From: Podarcis melisellensis
Taxonomy: Eukaryota
Reading direction: 5' to 3' (one strand)
Length of the DNA stretch: 64,000 nt
Assembly: GCA_964234715.1 (NCBI GenBank)
Contig: OZ174275.1
Position 1 is the stretch's first letter; each line of letters starts with the position of its first letter. Positions 50,560 to 61,300 of this stretch are shown here, one piece after another. The translations under genes were made by a program, and so were the position numbers. The notes under the pieces are model-generated. The model had not been told where the DNA came from. It did not search any database and saw nothing but the letters and a program-made list of their open reading frames with translations.

Positions 50560-51140
50560 TCAAGGATATACATTACAAAGTGTCTTAAAAATGTAAAAAT
50601 ATGCAATGAAACAAAACACACAGTATGTGTCTTAAATATTAACAATATAATAATTGGAATTACTAAAGTCAAATGGAAGATTAGAAACATAGCTGTCAAC
50701 GTTTCCCTTTTTTAAAGGGAAATTCCCTTATTCCGAATGGGATTCCTCGCAAGAAAAGGGAAAAGTTGACAGCTATGCCAAAATAAAAAAGGTCTTCTAC
50801 AAATGCCTTAAGACTAAAAAGAAAGGTGTGCATCATATGTCCACAGGCATGGCATTCCACACTCGAGGTACCACCACTGGAAAGGCTCTGTCTCAGAGAC
50901 CCAGCCAGCCAATTTAATCTCATTTAGGGAAGATCCTCTGTTGCTGACCTTTCGAGGCTTATGAGGGAGCAGATGCTCCCTGAGGTACAGTAACTTGCCC
51001 TAAAGTCATTTGCCACTTAAAAGGCTAAAGCCAGCATTTTAGAGGCTAAAACTGCACTTTAAATACAGTTCAGTGACCACTGAATTGAGCAATCTGATCT
51101 GGGGTTCCTAAATACCAATCTGGAAACTGCATTTTGAACT
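50560..51140 (-). mobile_element. Old L2 3' region, interrupted by a mini-MITE
   Basis: ggcattccacac...gaaaggctctgtctc reads RAFSSG..VWNA-like on the minus strand. Confidence 0.45.
50688..50777. mobile_element. 90-bp mini-MITE
   Basis: TIR CATAGCTGTCAAC.TTTCCCTTTT / AAAAGGGAAA.GTTGACAGCTATG; no clear TSD. Confidence 0.75.
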
Positions 51141-51146
51141 GAACAG

Positions 51147-51335
51147 CAAAGAATCTTGTAGCAACTTAAAGAAGAACACTTTATTGAGACAGAATTGTTA
51201 ATAGACTACATCTGAAGAAGTGGACTGTAGTCCACAAAAACTTATGCCATAATAAATGTGTTTCTCTTTAAGGTGCCCCAAGACTCTTAGCTGTTTTTAA
51301 TGCAAAAGACTAACATGGCTACCCCTCTGGAACTA
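51147..51335. mobile_element. Penelope-like element terminal remnant with inverted ends
   Basis: aagaatcttgtagcaacttaaaga ... tctttaaggtgccccaagactctt, ctgaagaagtggactgtagtccac, gactaacatggctacccctctg; pieces of similar type at ~59960-60033 and ~62110-62190. Confidence 0.6.
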
Positions 51336-51872
51336 AGTGAAGTTTCCAGACTGTCTTGAAAGGCAGTCCCACAAAGAGATGGTTGGCTGCATTGGGGGTC
51401 ATGGTCAGCTGCACTCTCAAAGCAATCTGACTCTGTATAAGGCAGCAGCTTCTGTTCCTTATGCATTCTAGTGAATGACCCACCTACTTCTTTATCTCCA
51501 TAAACTCCATCCCTAAAACTATTACGCTTCACATAATGCTGCCTCTCCCAGCACACTAAGACAGCTATCTCACTTTAGCCACATAAAAAAGGCCCACAAA
51601 CCCAAGCCAGAACTTCATAAGCCATATTATCTCCCAAAACTCTATTAGTTGCAAGGCCCAAGAACCTACTGTTATTTTGTTTATTTTTTAAAAATGTATT
51701 ATTAAGGTTCATTTATTATTCATTATTAGGGGTTCTGAGGTCTAATTCACATCTGTAACAGTGACTGCTTGATATCGAACCGGGCACAAGCTCTTTCATT
51801 AGGTATGGCAACACACTCCAACATTTTTTTGGCATAGCAGCACACCACCACAAAGAAACATTTGTGGTAACA

Positions 51873-52132
51873 TAGGCTTGCCATATGTCACGAAAGCGTC
51901 CTAACACGTCCTGGTTTCAGGTGAAAAAAATGGCCTAAGGGGAGAATTTTACTGAATGGACAAAATGTCAGGGGAAACCCATACGTATGGCAATGCAATG
52001 GAAAAAGCAGCGGAAACAGCTCCAAAAGCTTAAAATCACTATTTGGGCTGTGGGGGGGGGGGAGAGATTTCTCCCAAAAAGCTCAACAATCTGGGTGTCA
52101 GGAACTTTACTTTTTGAAATGTGGCAACCCTA
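51873..52132. mobile_element. hAT (Blackjack-like) non-autonomous element
   Basis: TIRs TAGGCTTGCCA / TGGCAACCCTA; TSD tggtaaca / tggcagca. Confidence 0.8.
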
Positions 52133-54215
52133 TGGCAGCATGACGAAAGGTGTCTGAATTGTCATAGCAGCCTACCTGACACAAATGTTTCAGCACTCAG
52201 TTCTGTTTCAAGCACCTACCACACCACAGTCTGCATATGTGAATGAGGTTTAAGGACTGCGGTGATCTCCAAAGGCAAAGCCTCACAGCTGGGATTTCAC
52301 AAGCCTTCTCTAAAGCATGAAATTAAAGGAGATGGCAAACAAAGCAGCATGTAATGATTTATTTTTACACTGTGTGAATTAAATGTAAAAGCTCAATTTA
52401 AACATGAAGCTACAATTTGATAAACGAGCTAAAAATACCAGCTTGTAAATATACAGTGACATGTTAATTTCATTTCTGGCGAAAAATAGCACCCAGTTGT
52501 TTTCAACAGACATACTATGCTAACAGGAATGTGTGTGCCATAAAGAAATAGCAACTATAGTTTCCTCTAGGCATGCTGCAGCTCTCTCTTTCCCCAGAGG
52601 TCCTAGAAATATGAACTGTAGCTCTTGTATAGCAGTCCAGGAAATAATTGATCATTTGCCAGTGTCCTGTTGGCAAGTTACCACTCTTGGGACCCACTTT
52701 CAATTTCACACTATTTTGACTTTCTGGACACTGTGGGTTAATTTCTAGGAGAAAAGATGATTACATACTTGAGCTGTTGTTACAATAGCTGTTCTACGTA
52801 CATCGTGCATGTGGCATTTGTCTGTGTCATCTAAAATGCAAGAACAAAACCATACAAGAGGGTTTTTGTTTTGCTAGAACAGCAGAAGTCTTAAAATTTT
52901 AAAATTACATCAATTTCTTACAGCATGGAACAAAAGGGCCCTGCCACCCCTTCACCTATCAGATGCAGCATTGGGGGGGGGGGGTTGTTCCAAACCTACA
53001 GCTGTATACAAAAAGGGAAAGGATAGAAGACACAAAGCTCTAGAACTTTGAAGAATCCAGAGAAGAATAGCTGTTTTGTGGTAGCTTGAAATTCAGAGAT
53101 GACAGGTGTATTTCTGTTAACACTTCATGGATAAAAGGAATCCAGAGCTACACAGAATTGCAGCCTCACAGCACAATGCAACTGCTACTGAAGCGAGACC
53201 CAAATTGGTCTCCTCAAAAAGAAGTTTTGCATCTCTATACCAATGTGCCCTCAAGCAGTAAGACACAAATCTTTGTTCTAAGTTGGAGAAAGTTTCCATG
53301 TTGTGCTGCAAATGTCTCACAATTCAATGCACGGCCGCATTCCCCATTTACAGTAAAAACCTGAATAGGGGAAGGGAAAGAATGCCCAATTCACTATCAC
53401 TGTGAGAAGGTAGGGCAGGCAGGAGTGGTAAGTCTCCAAACAATCTATACTCACAATACAGGGTTTTCATTAACAAAGATACAGGTTCAATAGACAACAA
53501 GCTGAATAATCACAAACAGAGGGGGAAAAACCTGATCCAAGCATTAATAATTCAATTAGTATTCATTGAAATAACATTGATTTTAATGAATTTATTTCAC
53601 AGCATTGTTGCTGCCCTATGTACTTTTTAAACTTTCCATTACAGTTTAACATTCATTAAGGCTTGGGCCTTAAATATATCCTTTTCAAATGAAAATAAAA
53701 GGAGGAAGAGAAAAATCACTATAGGAGAACATTATAATGTTTAAAAACTGTTTAGCAAAATTAAAACAAAGGAAGCATAATCAATAATGGAAAAAGCACA
53801 AACCTCCAAAGTTATGTAATACATGCATTTTCATTAGAATTTAAATTTGTAATAATTTATCTATAGGCAAATTCCATGAATGTGATGCAGTAAATTAATC
53901 CTGCTATAAGATTACAAATATTGCTAGAAGATAGTGATCTTTTATATGAGCTGTAGTCTGCAACCTATATAAACAAATGAGACACTCTTCCGCCCAGCAC
54001 GTCTAAAAGGTGCCCATATATTGCTTTACAAAGTTTTTGCTGATGTGCAAATGCTTTTCCCACAAATTGTGAATGCTTTTTCCACATACCAGAATAACTT
54101 CACTTAGAATGGTATAGGCATCACTCCAGCATCCCATAAACTGCAAAAAAATCTCACGTTTATCTTGTTACCCATCATTAGAGGGCAACTAGATGCTAGA
54201 TACTAGATACTAGAA

Positions 54216-54456
54216 CTGCCAACCTAGCAGTTCGAAAGCATGTCAAAGTGTAAGTAGATAAATAGGTACTGCTCCAGCGGGAAGGTAAACGGCGTTTCCG
54301 TGCGCTGCTCTGGTTGGCCAGAAGCAGCTTCGTCATGCTGGCCACATGACCCGGAAGCTGTACGCCGGCTCCCTTGGCCAATAAAGCGAGATGAGCGCCT
54401 CAACCCTAGAGTTGTCCACGACGGGACCTAATGGTCAGGCAGGGGTCCCTTTACCC
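54216..54456 (+). mobile_element. 5'-truncated Sauria SINE
   Basis: Body from ctgccaacctagcag to ggggtccctttacc; TSD agatactag. Confidence 0.9.
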
Positions 54457-54659
54457 AGATACTAGTATATGTCTACTTTGTGGTGTCATATGCAAGCTAA
54501 ATGAACTAAGTACAAGGTATGTGAGCAAACTGCAATTTAAAAAGCAGGGAAACCCAACATGCAAACAAATCCAAAATGCACATACAGCGTATTGAAACTG
54601 TATGGGTATGAATTTTTCCAAAAAAATGTGTTCACCTGTGCTTTCACTTTCCAGTAGTT

Positions 54660-54775
54660 CACAGAATTGTAGAGTTGGAAGGGACCCTAAGAGTCATCTA
54701 AGTCCAATCCCCTGCAATGCAGGAATCTCAACTAGATCATACATGACAGATGGTCATCCAACCTCTGCTTAAAAA
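54660..54775 (-). mobile_element. CR1 LINE 3' end
   Basis: tagagttggaagggaccc...cccctgcaatgcagga...catccaacctctgcttaaa. Confidence 0.8.
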
Positions 54776-56640
54776 GGAGACAGGAGGTAGAAATCTCTAT
54801 AAAGACTGCATTATGAGGCACATATTTTAAAGATGACTTTGGATTACTGTTCTCATTCGATAGCCTGAGACATATGGCCTGGCATTAAAACATTGCTTCA
54901 TTCTCCTGGCAATTAATTTTTTGGCTGGGAGCTAGCATAGCATAGTGCCAACAAGATCTTGCGTAAATAGGATTTTCCAGTACTCTGTAAACCTGCTATG
55001 AGGGATCAGTGACACTTCATAAAAACTACTTCAGTTGCAAGATTGGTTGCAAGACTGAAACACACACTAAGTAAACAAAAAATTCAATAGCTCTTCTCCA
55101 GTACATGCTCAAGAACACTTAGCCTCTCAGAACTCTGGGGAGCCTGTCTGCCAAGCCATCCATGGAGAGGCTAAAGCAGCTGCTCTACTCTGAACTTGGA
55201 TATGGTCTTCACTTTTCCTCTCTTTCTAGAGATTCAAGCATTGGCCCCTTGTGCTTTGTCCTCTCCTATAACAGGGAGCACCCACAATGGGGCATGTTGC
55301 AAATATGGCCCTCTAGGATACAACAGAGTTGTACACAGCTAGGTACTTTTGATGGACAGCAAATCTTGGCATCAGCAAAGCCTACTGAATTCACTTTGGT
55401 GCACTGCAATAATTTTATAATGATCTAAATATAAATATGATCCCCTTTACATTATTGCTGTCACACTAAATCGTGTCAAATATTTAAAAAGTGATGCAGA
55501 ACTACACTGCTGTTTTCACCATTTATTTTAAAAACAAACAATAGAAATGGTTATTGTTAGCAGCAGGGTTAGAGCCAATCCCAATGTTCTTGTAGCCTGC
55601 CTTTCAGTTACAATTCTGCATTGTGAAAATTTGTCAGATGGTTTGTATTTCCCTATTAGAAGCATATTTTTCCCTTTCAGTGCTCTTATTAAATTAGTAG
55701 CTTCCTTAGGTTTAGATTTATGTTCAGAGAGTCAAATTATCTTCCTTTTTAAAAAGCCTCCCTGAGCCGCTTTCCCAGCTTAGTTCAGCTGCAGGAAACT
55801 ATAGCACTCCAAATTCTTACTTTCTTCATAAACCACACCTGTTATATTTGATATTGCTTTCAAATGAACAAAAACTGTTAATTCCGTATCTATGCAGAGT
55901 AAGGGAGAATTTAGATGGTTAAGCAAAAACTTCTCAATTTGTTTAACAGTTGCCTGTTATACAATCGGATTTGAATTGTTCCACACTAGTTTCTTAGATA
56001 CATAAACGTAAATGTACACAAATCTCAGGAACATGCAGCAACAACTAATATACATCATCCACTAATATACATAATCCTTTCAGACATTCTGGTCCTTATC
56101 TGAAATTCAGCTTATCTGGAATATAAATGCAAATTCTGCCATTAAAGGAAACTATGGAGGGGGCAGTTTAACTGTCCTCCCCACCCTGTGTCTCAGGCCA
56201 CATTTGATCATGCCTCAGGAATGCCTAGATCTCTGACTGACTCACAATTTCTACAATTGTGCAAGGCTTTTATTATTATTTCAGCAGTTCTGCGCACAAA
56301 CTGCTTTGCTTAAAACAAATGTAAGAGATTTAATTATATTTCTATAGTTATGAGACATAGTATTGTTATTATTTAAATTCATATACCACCCTTCATCTGA
56401 AGATCTCAGGGTTTCACAGCATAAAGTACAAGACAAAAACACAAAATACATACTAAAACTAAAATAAAAGAAAACAATAACACCCCCAACACATTTAAAA
56501 GGATATATAGGATGTTAATCAGCCAAAAGCATGGTTGAAGAGGAAAATATAAAAAGATGCACAAACCCAGTTATAAAACTGCCAAGTTTGAAAAGACAGC
56601 TATAGAGATTCAAATATTTTGACTGGTGAAACTTGCATTC

Positions 56641-57464
56641 TTACTGCTTACTGGTGCAATAAGATATATAAAATTTGCATGCCATGTCATGCCAGCTGGG
56701 AAGATAATGCATCCAATCACGAGACCATGGGCAAATTCACACAACTTCACACAAGAACAGGCAACACTGATAAGATAGTTTTACCAGGCTGCACCAAAGC
56801 CAAGCACACACACACACAACCCCTCCACCATTTCTGGTAAGAGACATCACAGTCTCTCTAGCCATTGGCTGAGCTGCTGTGATGTCAGCCAAATTAGCTG
56901 ATCCAGTAATTGTCATTGAATGCTCATGAACATTAAATTTTAAATGAATAAATTTGCAGCATAAAGGGCATTAGGACAGATGGAGCTGTAAGCTGTTGGA
57001 GGGAAACGCTGCAGAGAATGTGTTACGAGCCCACCAATAAGTAATGGCACTGCAAACAAAAAATATGCCCAAATTTTTTTGGGGGGGGGCAAGTCCCCAC
57101 TTTTAATATATTGTTATTTCTAGCCTTGCAATTTGAAAATGTTATTTCTAGAGGATCTCAGCAGTAGCCGTGGTCTTTAAATCAAGAGGATGTGCCACAC
57201 AAGCTGTACTTGAGTACCTATTAGAAGATACTGAGGAGGGACAACTTCTCAAGGGTTGAATATATTGGCTCAGTATGATACAATAGCAGAGTTTACAGTC
57301 TTTTCTTTAAAATGCTGTAATTGGCTTCTCAAAGGTACTGGAAAAGTCGTAATAGAAAAGGTCAATGGCAATATATATTTGTACAATAGTGAGATGCATT
57401 ATCTTCCCAGCTGGCATGACATGGCATGTAATTTTACACACCATGCTGCACCAGCATGTGGTAA
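56641..57464. repeat. Long-range inverted repeat in unique sequence (perfect 36-bp core)
   Basis: 56678-56713 catgccatgtcatgccagctgggaagataatgcatc is the exact reverse complement of 57393-57428; imperfect extension to 56641 and 57464. Confidence 0.92.
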
Positions 57465-58424
57465 CTAAGAGAGACACTGATCTCTGCTTGCTAAAATCCC
57501 AAGAACAATTGCATGCCATCATTGTAAATGACCTGTGGATGCACAGCAGTTTACATTCACATAGGTTTGCTAATCTTTCTAACAGTATATGCAAACAAAA
57601 CGACTAATGGCGCTACAGAAGTCTGGAGACAGAAAATGGCATTCTGTTTATATAGAAGTTTACTTTTCTTGCTGTTTCCCTCAGTTCAGACACATGGTTC
57701 TGGCGTGTAACTAAATCCCCATGTATTTCCATGAATTCACACTGTCTTGCTTCTTCTCGTTTTATTAATCTGGACCTGTGCATATTACCGTAACTTCCTG
57801 AGTCAAATACTCACAGCAGAAAAACAAAACAAAACAAAAGCTACATACATGATAATATATTTTCTGTATAAGAAAAGAACATTGTAAGAATTTGTAACTA
57901 TGATGGAGTCCTGTGAAATCAAGCACAAGATATTCTAGGACAGAAAAGGCACTGGTAAGAATGGCCACAAGGGCCTGTGAAAGGTCCCAGGTTCAATCCT
58001 TGGGACTGCATGTTTAAAACATTGGGTAGCTAGTGATGAGAATGACCTGATGAACCCTAGATGCTGGAAAGCCGCTGCCCATCACAGAAACAGCAAATTG
58101 GGTATAAAGAAAATGAGATTAAGCTAGAGATAATGGTGCAAACTGCCATGCCTGATCCAACAGTTTTAAAAATAAGATTAGGCTACAGATTGTTCTAGAC
58201 TTGGATCTGATCCAAAATATATCAAGAATTTTGAGCTTCCCACACCTGACAAAGAGCATAGGCCCCTAATCTTAGATCATTGCCCTTTGACCCTTCTTCA
58301 CATGTATTTGAAAGGAAGGGGCAGTTGGAAGGGCTTCATACTTGGCAAAAGAAAGGTTTTACATCTTAGATCTTGCTATGGATATACAATATATGTAGGA
58401 ATACTAGGAAGCAAGGGATTTGAA

Positions 58425-58474
<50 letters not shown>
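58425..58474. repeat. (ATT)n microsatellite
   Basis: Direct read. Confidence 0.95.
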
Positions 58475-58475
<1 letters not shown>

Positions 58476-59652
58476 TAACAAACAGTTATTTACCAATGCT
58501 GAGAAAAGGCCCAATCTCATGTGACTATTTACATGGTAAAGGTTTGTTGGTTCACATGTTTACCTAGCCAAATGGACTTTTCACTATCACCTTCTGGTGC
58601 TCACATATCTGCTAAAATATGCCACATCTTATAGCTTCTCATAGCTCTACCAAAACTAAAGTATCCTAAGAGATGATAAATTTCACATTGGCTTGCCTAC
58701 TGAAGGCTTTCTTGGTGTATATTTTTTTCTTAATTCATTCCAGATCCCTTGTAAATTGTAAAACTGTCATCACATTCTGGTGAATTTGCCCCCCCCCCCA
58801 ATTTAGGAATTGTAATATCACTTCCATCTAATCCTGGAGAAACACCACATATTAATGAAGTACTATAGTGAAGATGGTCTGTTGTGGCTTTCAGAGCCCT
58901 TCAGTCTAGTGGAGCCTTTTAGCAATAGAACAGAAGTTCATAGTTTGCCTCATCCATTTGGCCTTGTAGAGCTCATCTGTGGTATTTCAGCTTCTCAGGT
59001 TCCTACACACGTAGGTTAGAGGAAATGTTGCTGATGATCAGCAAAACAGTGAAAGTGCCTATACATAAAATGTTAAGGTAGAGTAATTTCTCATCGCCAT
59101 AGTAAGTGAAAACATTTTCAAACTGACAGTGTCCTTTTAAAAAACAGGCTGCACAAGGATTTTGCCCAAGACTGTGAAAAATTGGTTTTCAAACCAGGAT
59201 AGTTATTTTAATGCTTTAGTGTGCATTGGTAAGTACTGCATAATCTGTCTCTAAACAATAATAATATGTTAAACAGTAATCATGTAAAAAGTAAAAAAAA
59301 AAGTGACTTAAAATAGATCTTCCAGTCTCTCTGAAACAAAGCAAATTGTAAATAACTTGACATCCACATTCAGTGTTAATACCCCCATAAAACACAAGCC
59401 AATGCCACCCCAGGTGTGTGAGTGGCACCAGAGATGAAATTTTGTTCACTGTCTAAACACACCAGCATTGTTCCTAGAGTAATATTTTGTGGTTTCAAAC
59501 AAGTCAAAAGCAATAGTATTAGCTGAGAGTTTTTTTTATGTGGCTTTTTTCAATGTGGCTTTTTTTGAGAATCCCCCTTTCCCTTTTTGCAAAAATCTTC
59601 CCCTGCTGCCACCACTTTGGCATCAGAAGCACATATGAAGGTAGGATGTTCT

Positions 59653-59856
59653 GGGGTTGTATCCAATGAAGTAATCCCATTCATGCAAGGGCTTACTCAA
59701 TGGAACTTCTCCGCCTCTCCTCTCCCTGTATCACCCAAACTGCTCTGAAGGTTTGGAGATAATCCCAGAACATGGAGTGAAGGACAGGGAGAAGCAGCTC
59801 CATTATGCTAGTAGAAGACCTTGCGCAAACAGGACAACTTCGTTGGGTACAACCCC
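59653..59856. mobile_element. MITE with GGG-starting TIRs (Harbinger-like)
   Basis: GGGGTTGTATCCAATGAAGT / ACTTCGTTGGGTACAACCCC (18/20); a possibly related decayed copy at ~771-980. Confidence 0.7.
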
Positions 59857-61124
59857 CTATATTTTCATTTGGATGCAAATAGAAGCAAAGACCATCACAA
59901 AATTCATAAAGAACAGTTTTATTTCTCTAACATTTTGTTTTAAAATCTGTATTAGGGCAATACCTTTACTAGGCCAACCAAAATGTCACAAAATAGTGTG
60001 GAAGCTTACAAATTCCCTGGAACTCTTCATCAGGGTAGGTGATAAACAAAGCACAGGGCAAGAGACTGGCTGCAGGTGAAGCCATAAAGATAGAATTTGA
60101 GCAAACACTCAAATGAGGCATTTTCAATTGTTTTCTGTCGTAGCACAGTAGTACATTAAATTTCTTCATACCATGCACATTCTGATATTCTGGACAATTT
60201 TCACTCATACTTCAAACCACCAAAATGTTTTAGCAAATGTCCTAGTAGAATTTTACATTGTATTTTTAATTTCTATTCTCCCCCCCCCCAATAAAAAAGT
60301 CACCAAATGGCTACAGCTATTTCTAAAGGAAAGGTTATTAAAATCCCTCATGATATCTGAAAGCAACAGGTTTTATATTTCACTAAAACTCCCTTCAATA
60401 ATGCTTTAATTGCTACAATGCCGGAATTCACAGGCATCATGTACCGAATCCTTTAACATTTACTTAACAGGATGTCGAGCACCCTGACCTCAACGGGAGC
60501 TCTCAGATCTAAAATGTGTTTGTCAGAACATATTAAAATTGCAATGTAGACAGGGCATTTAGTATTTAACATAATGCTAGTCAAGATGGACTTTAGCATT
60601 CACAATATCACACACTGAGTGCAATTAATCTGAGGTGCAGCAGGGATAGGAACTATTACCACCCCTTCAGCATGTCTTCACAGTCACTATTACAAAATAT
60701 GCACAAGCTGTTCCCACCTCCCCCTATAAAAACAAGACCAAGAGGGTGGAAAAATCCACTGCTTTTTAGCCACACAAGACTGATCAGAGATTGTTACACT
60801 GTAAATTATAAAATGTAGCTCACATTTGTTACCTTCACACATACAATGTTATATTGCAGTAACTTCCAAAGTAAATTATGTTCATTACTTAATTTCTTTA
60901 CCAGCCTTAAATTTCCAAGCCAGGTGGGATGGGGTTAACAAAACAATGTTATACCCCAGAAAAGAAAAAGAAGCACAAGCTCACTCTCCACTTGGAGAGT
61001 GGAACTTCCTGGAACTTCCCACAGCACTGTACTACATTTTCTCTGCTTTGGAAATGCAATGCCGCCCTGGGCTCTTTTTCCAGGAAGGGGCAGGATGTAA
61101 TAATCAATAATAAATAAACATGGA

Positions 61125-61300
61125 ATGGCCATAGATCACTAGTGAGGTGCATATTTTGCATACAGAAGTTCCCATGTTCAATCTTTGGCATCTCCTGGTA
61201 GGCCGGGGGAGACATGCAACTCTGGAGTGCTGCCAACAGACAGCATAGACCACACTGAGTTAAATGGATCTAACTCACTATAAAGCAGTTTCCCATGTTA
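61125..61300 (+). mobile_element. tRNA-derived SINE, same family as 3412
   Basis: ttttgcatacagaagttcccatgttcaatctttggcatctcc ... cactgagttaaatgga ... tataaagcagtttcccatgtt. Confidence 0.7.

Noticed and set aside
56641-57464. Ordinary DNA-transposon TIRs as the explanation for the inverted repeat
   Set aside because: The best identity is internal rather than terminal, there is no TSD and no second copy in the window. An ancient exapted repeat cannot be excluded without a Dfam search.
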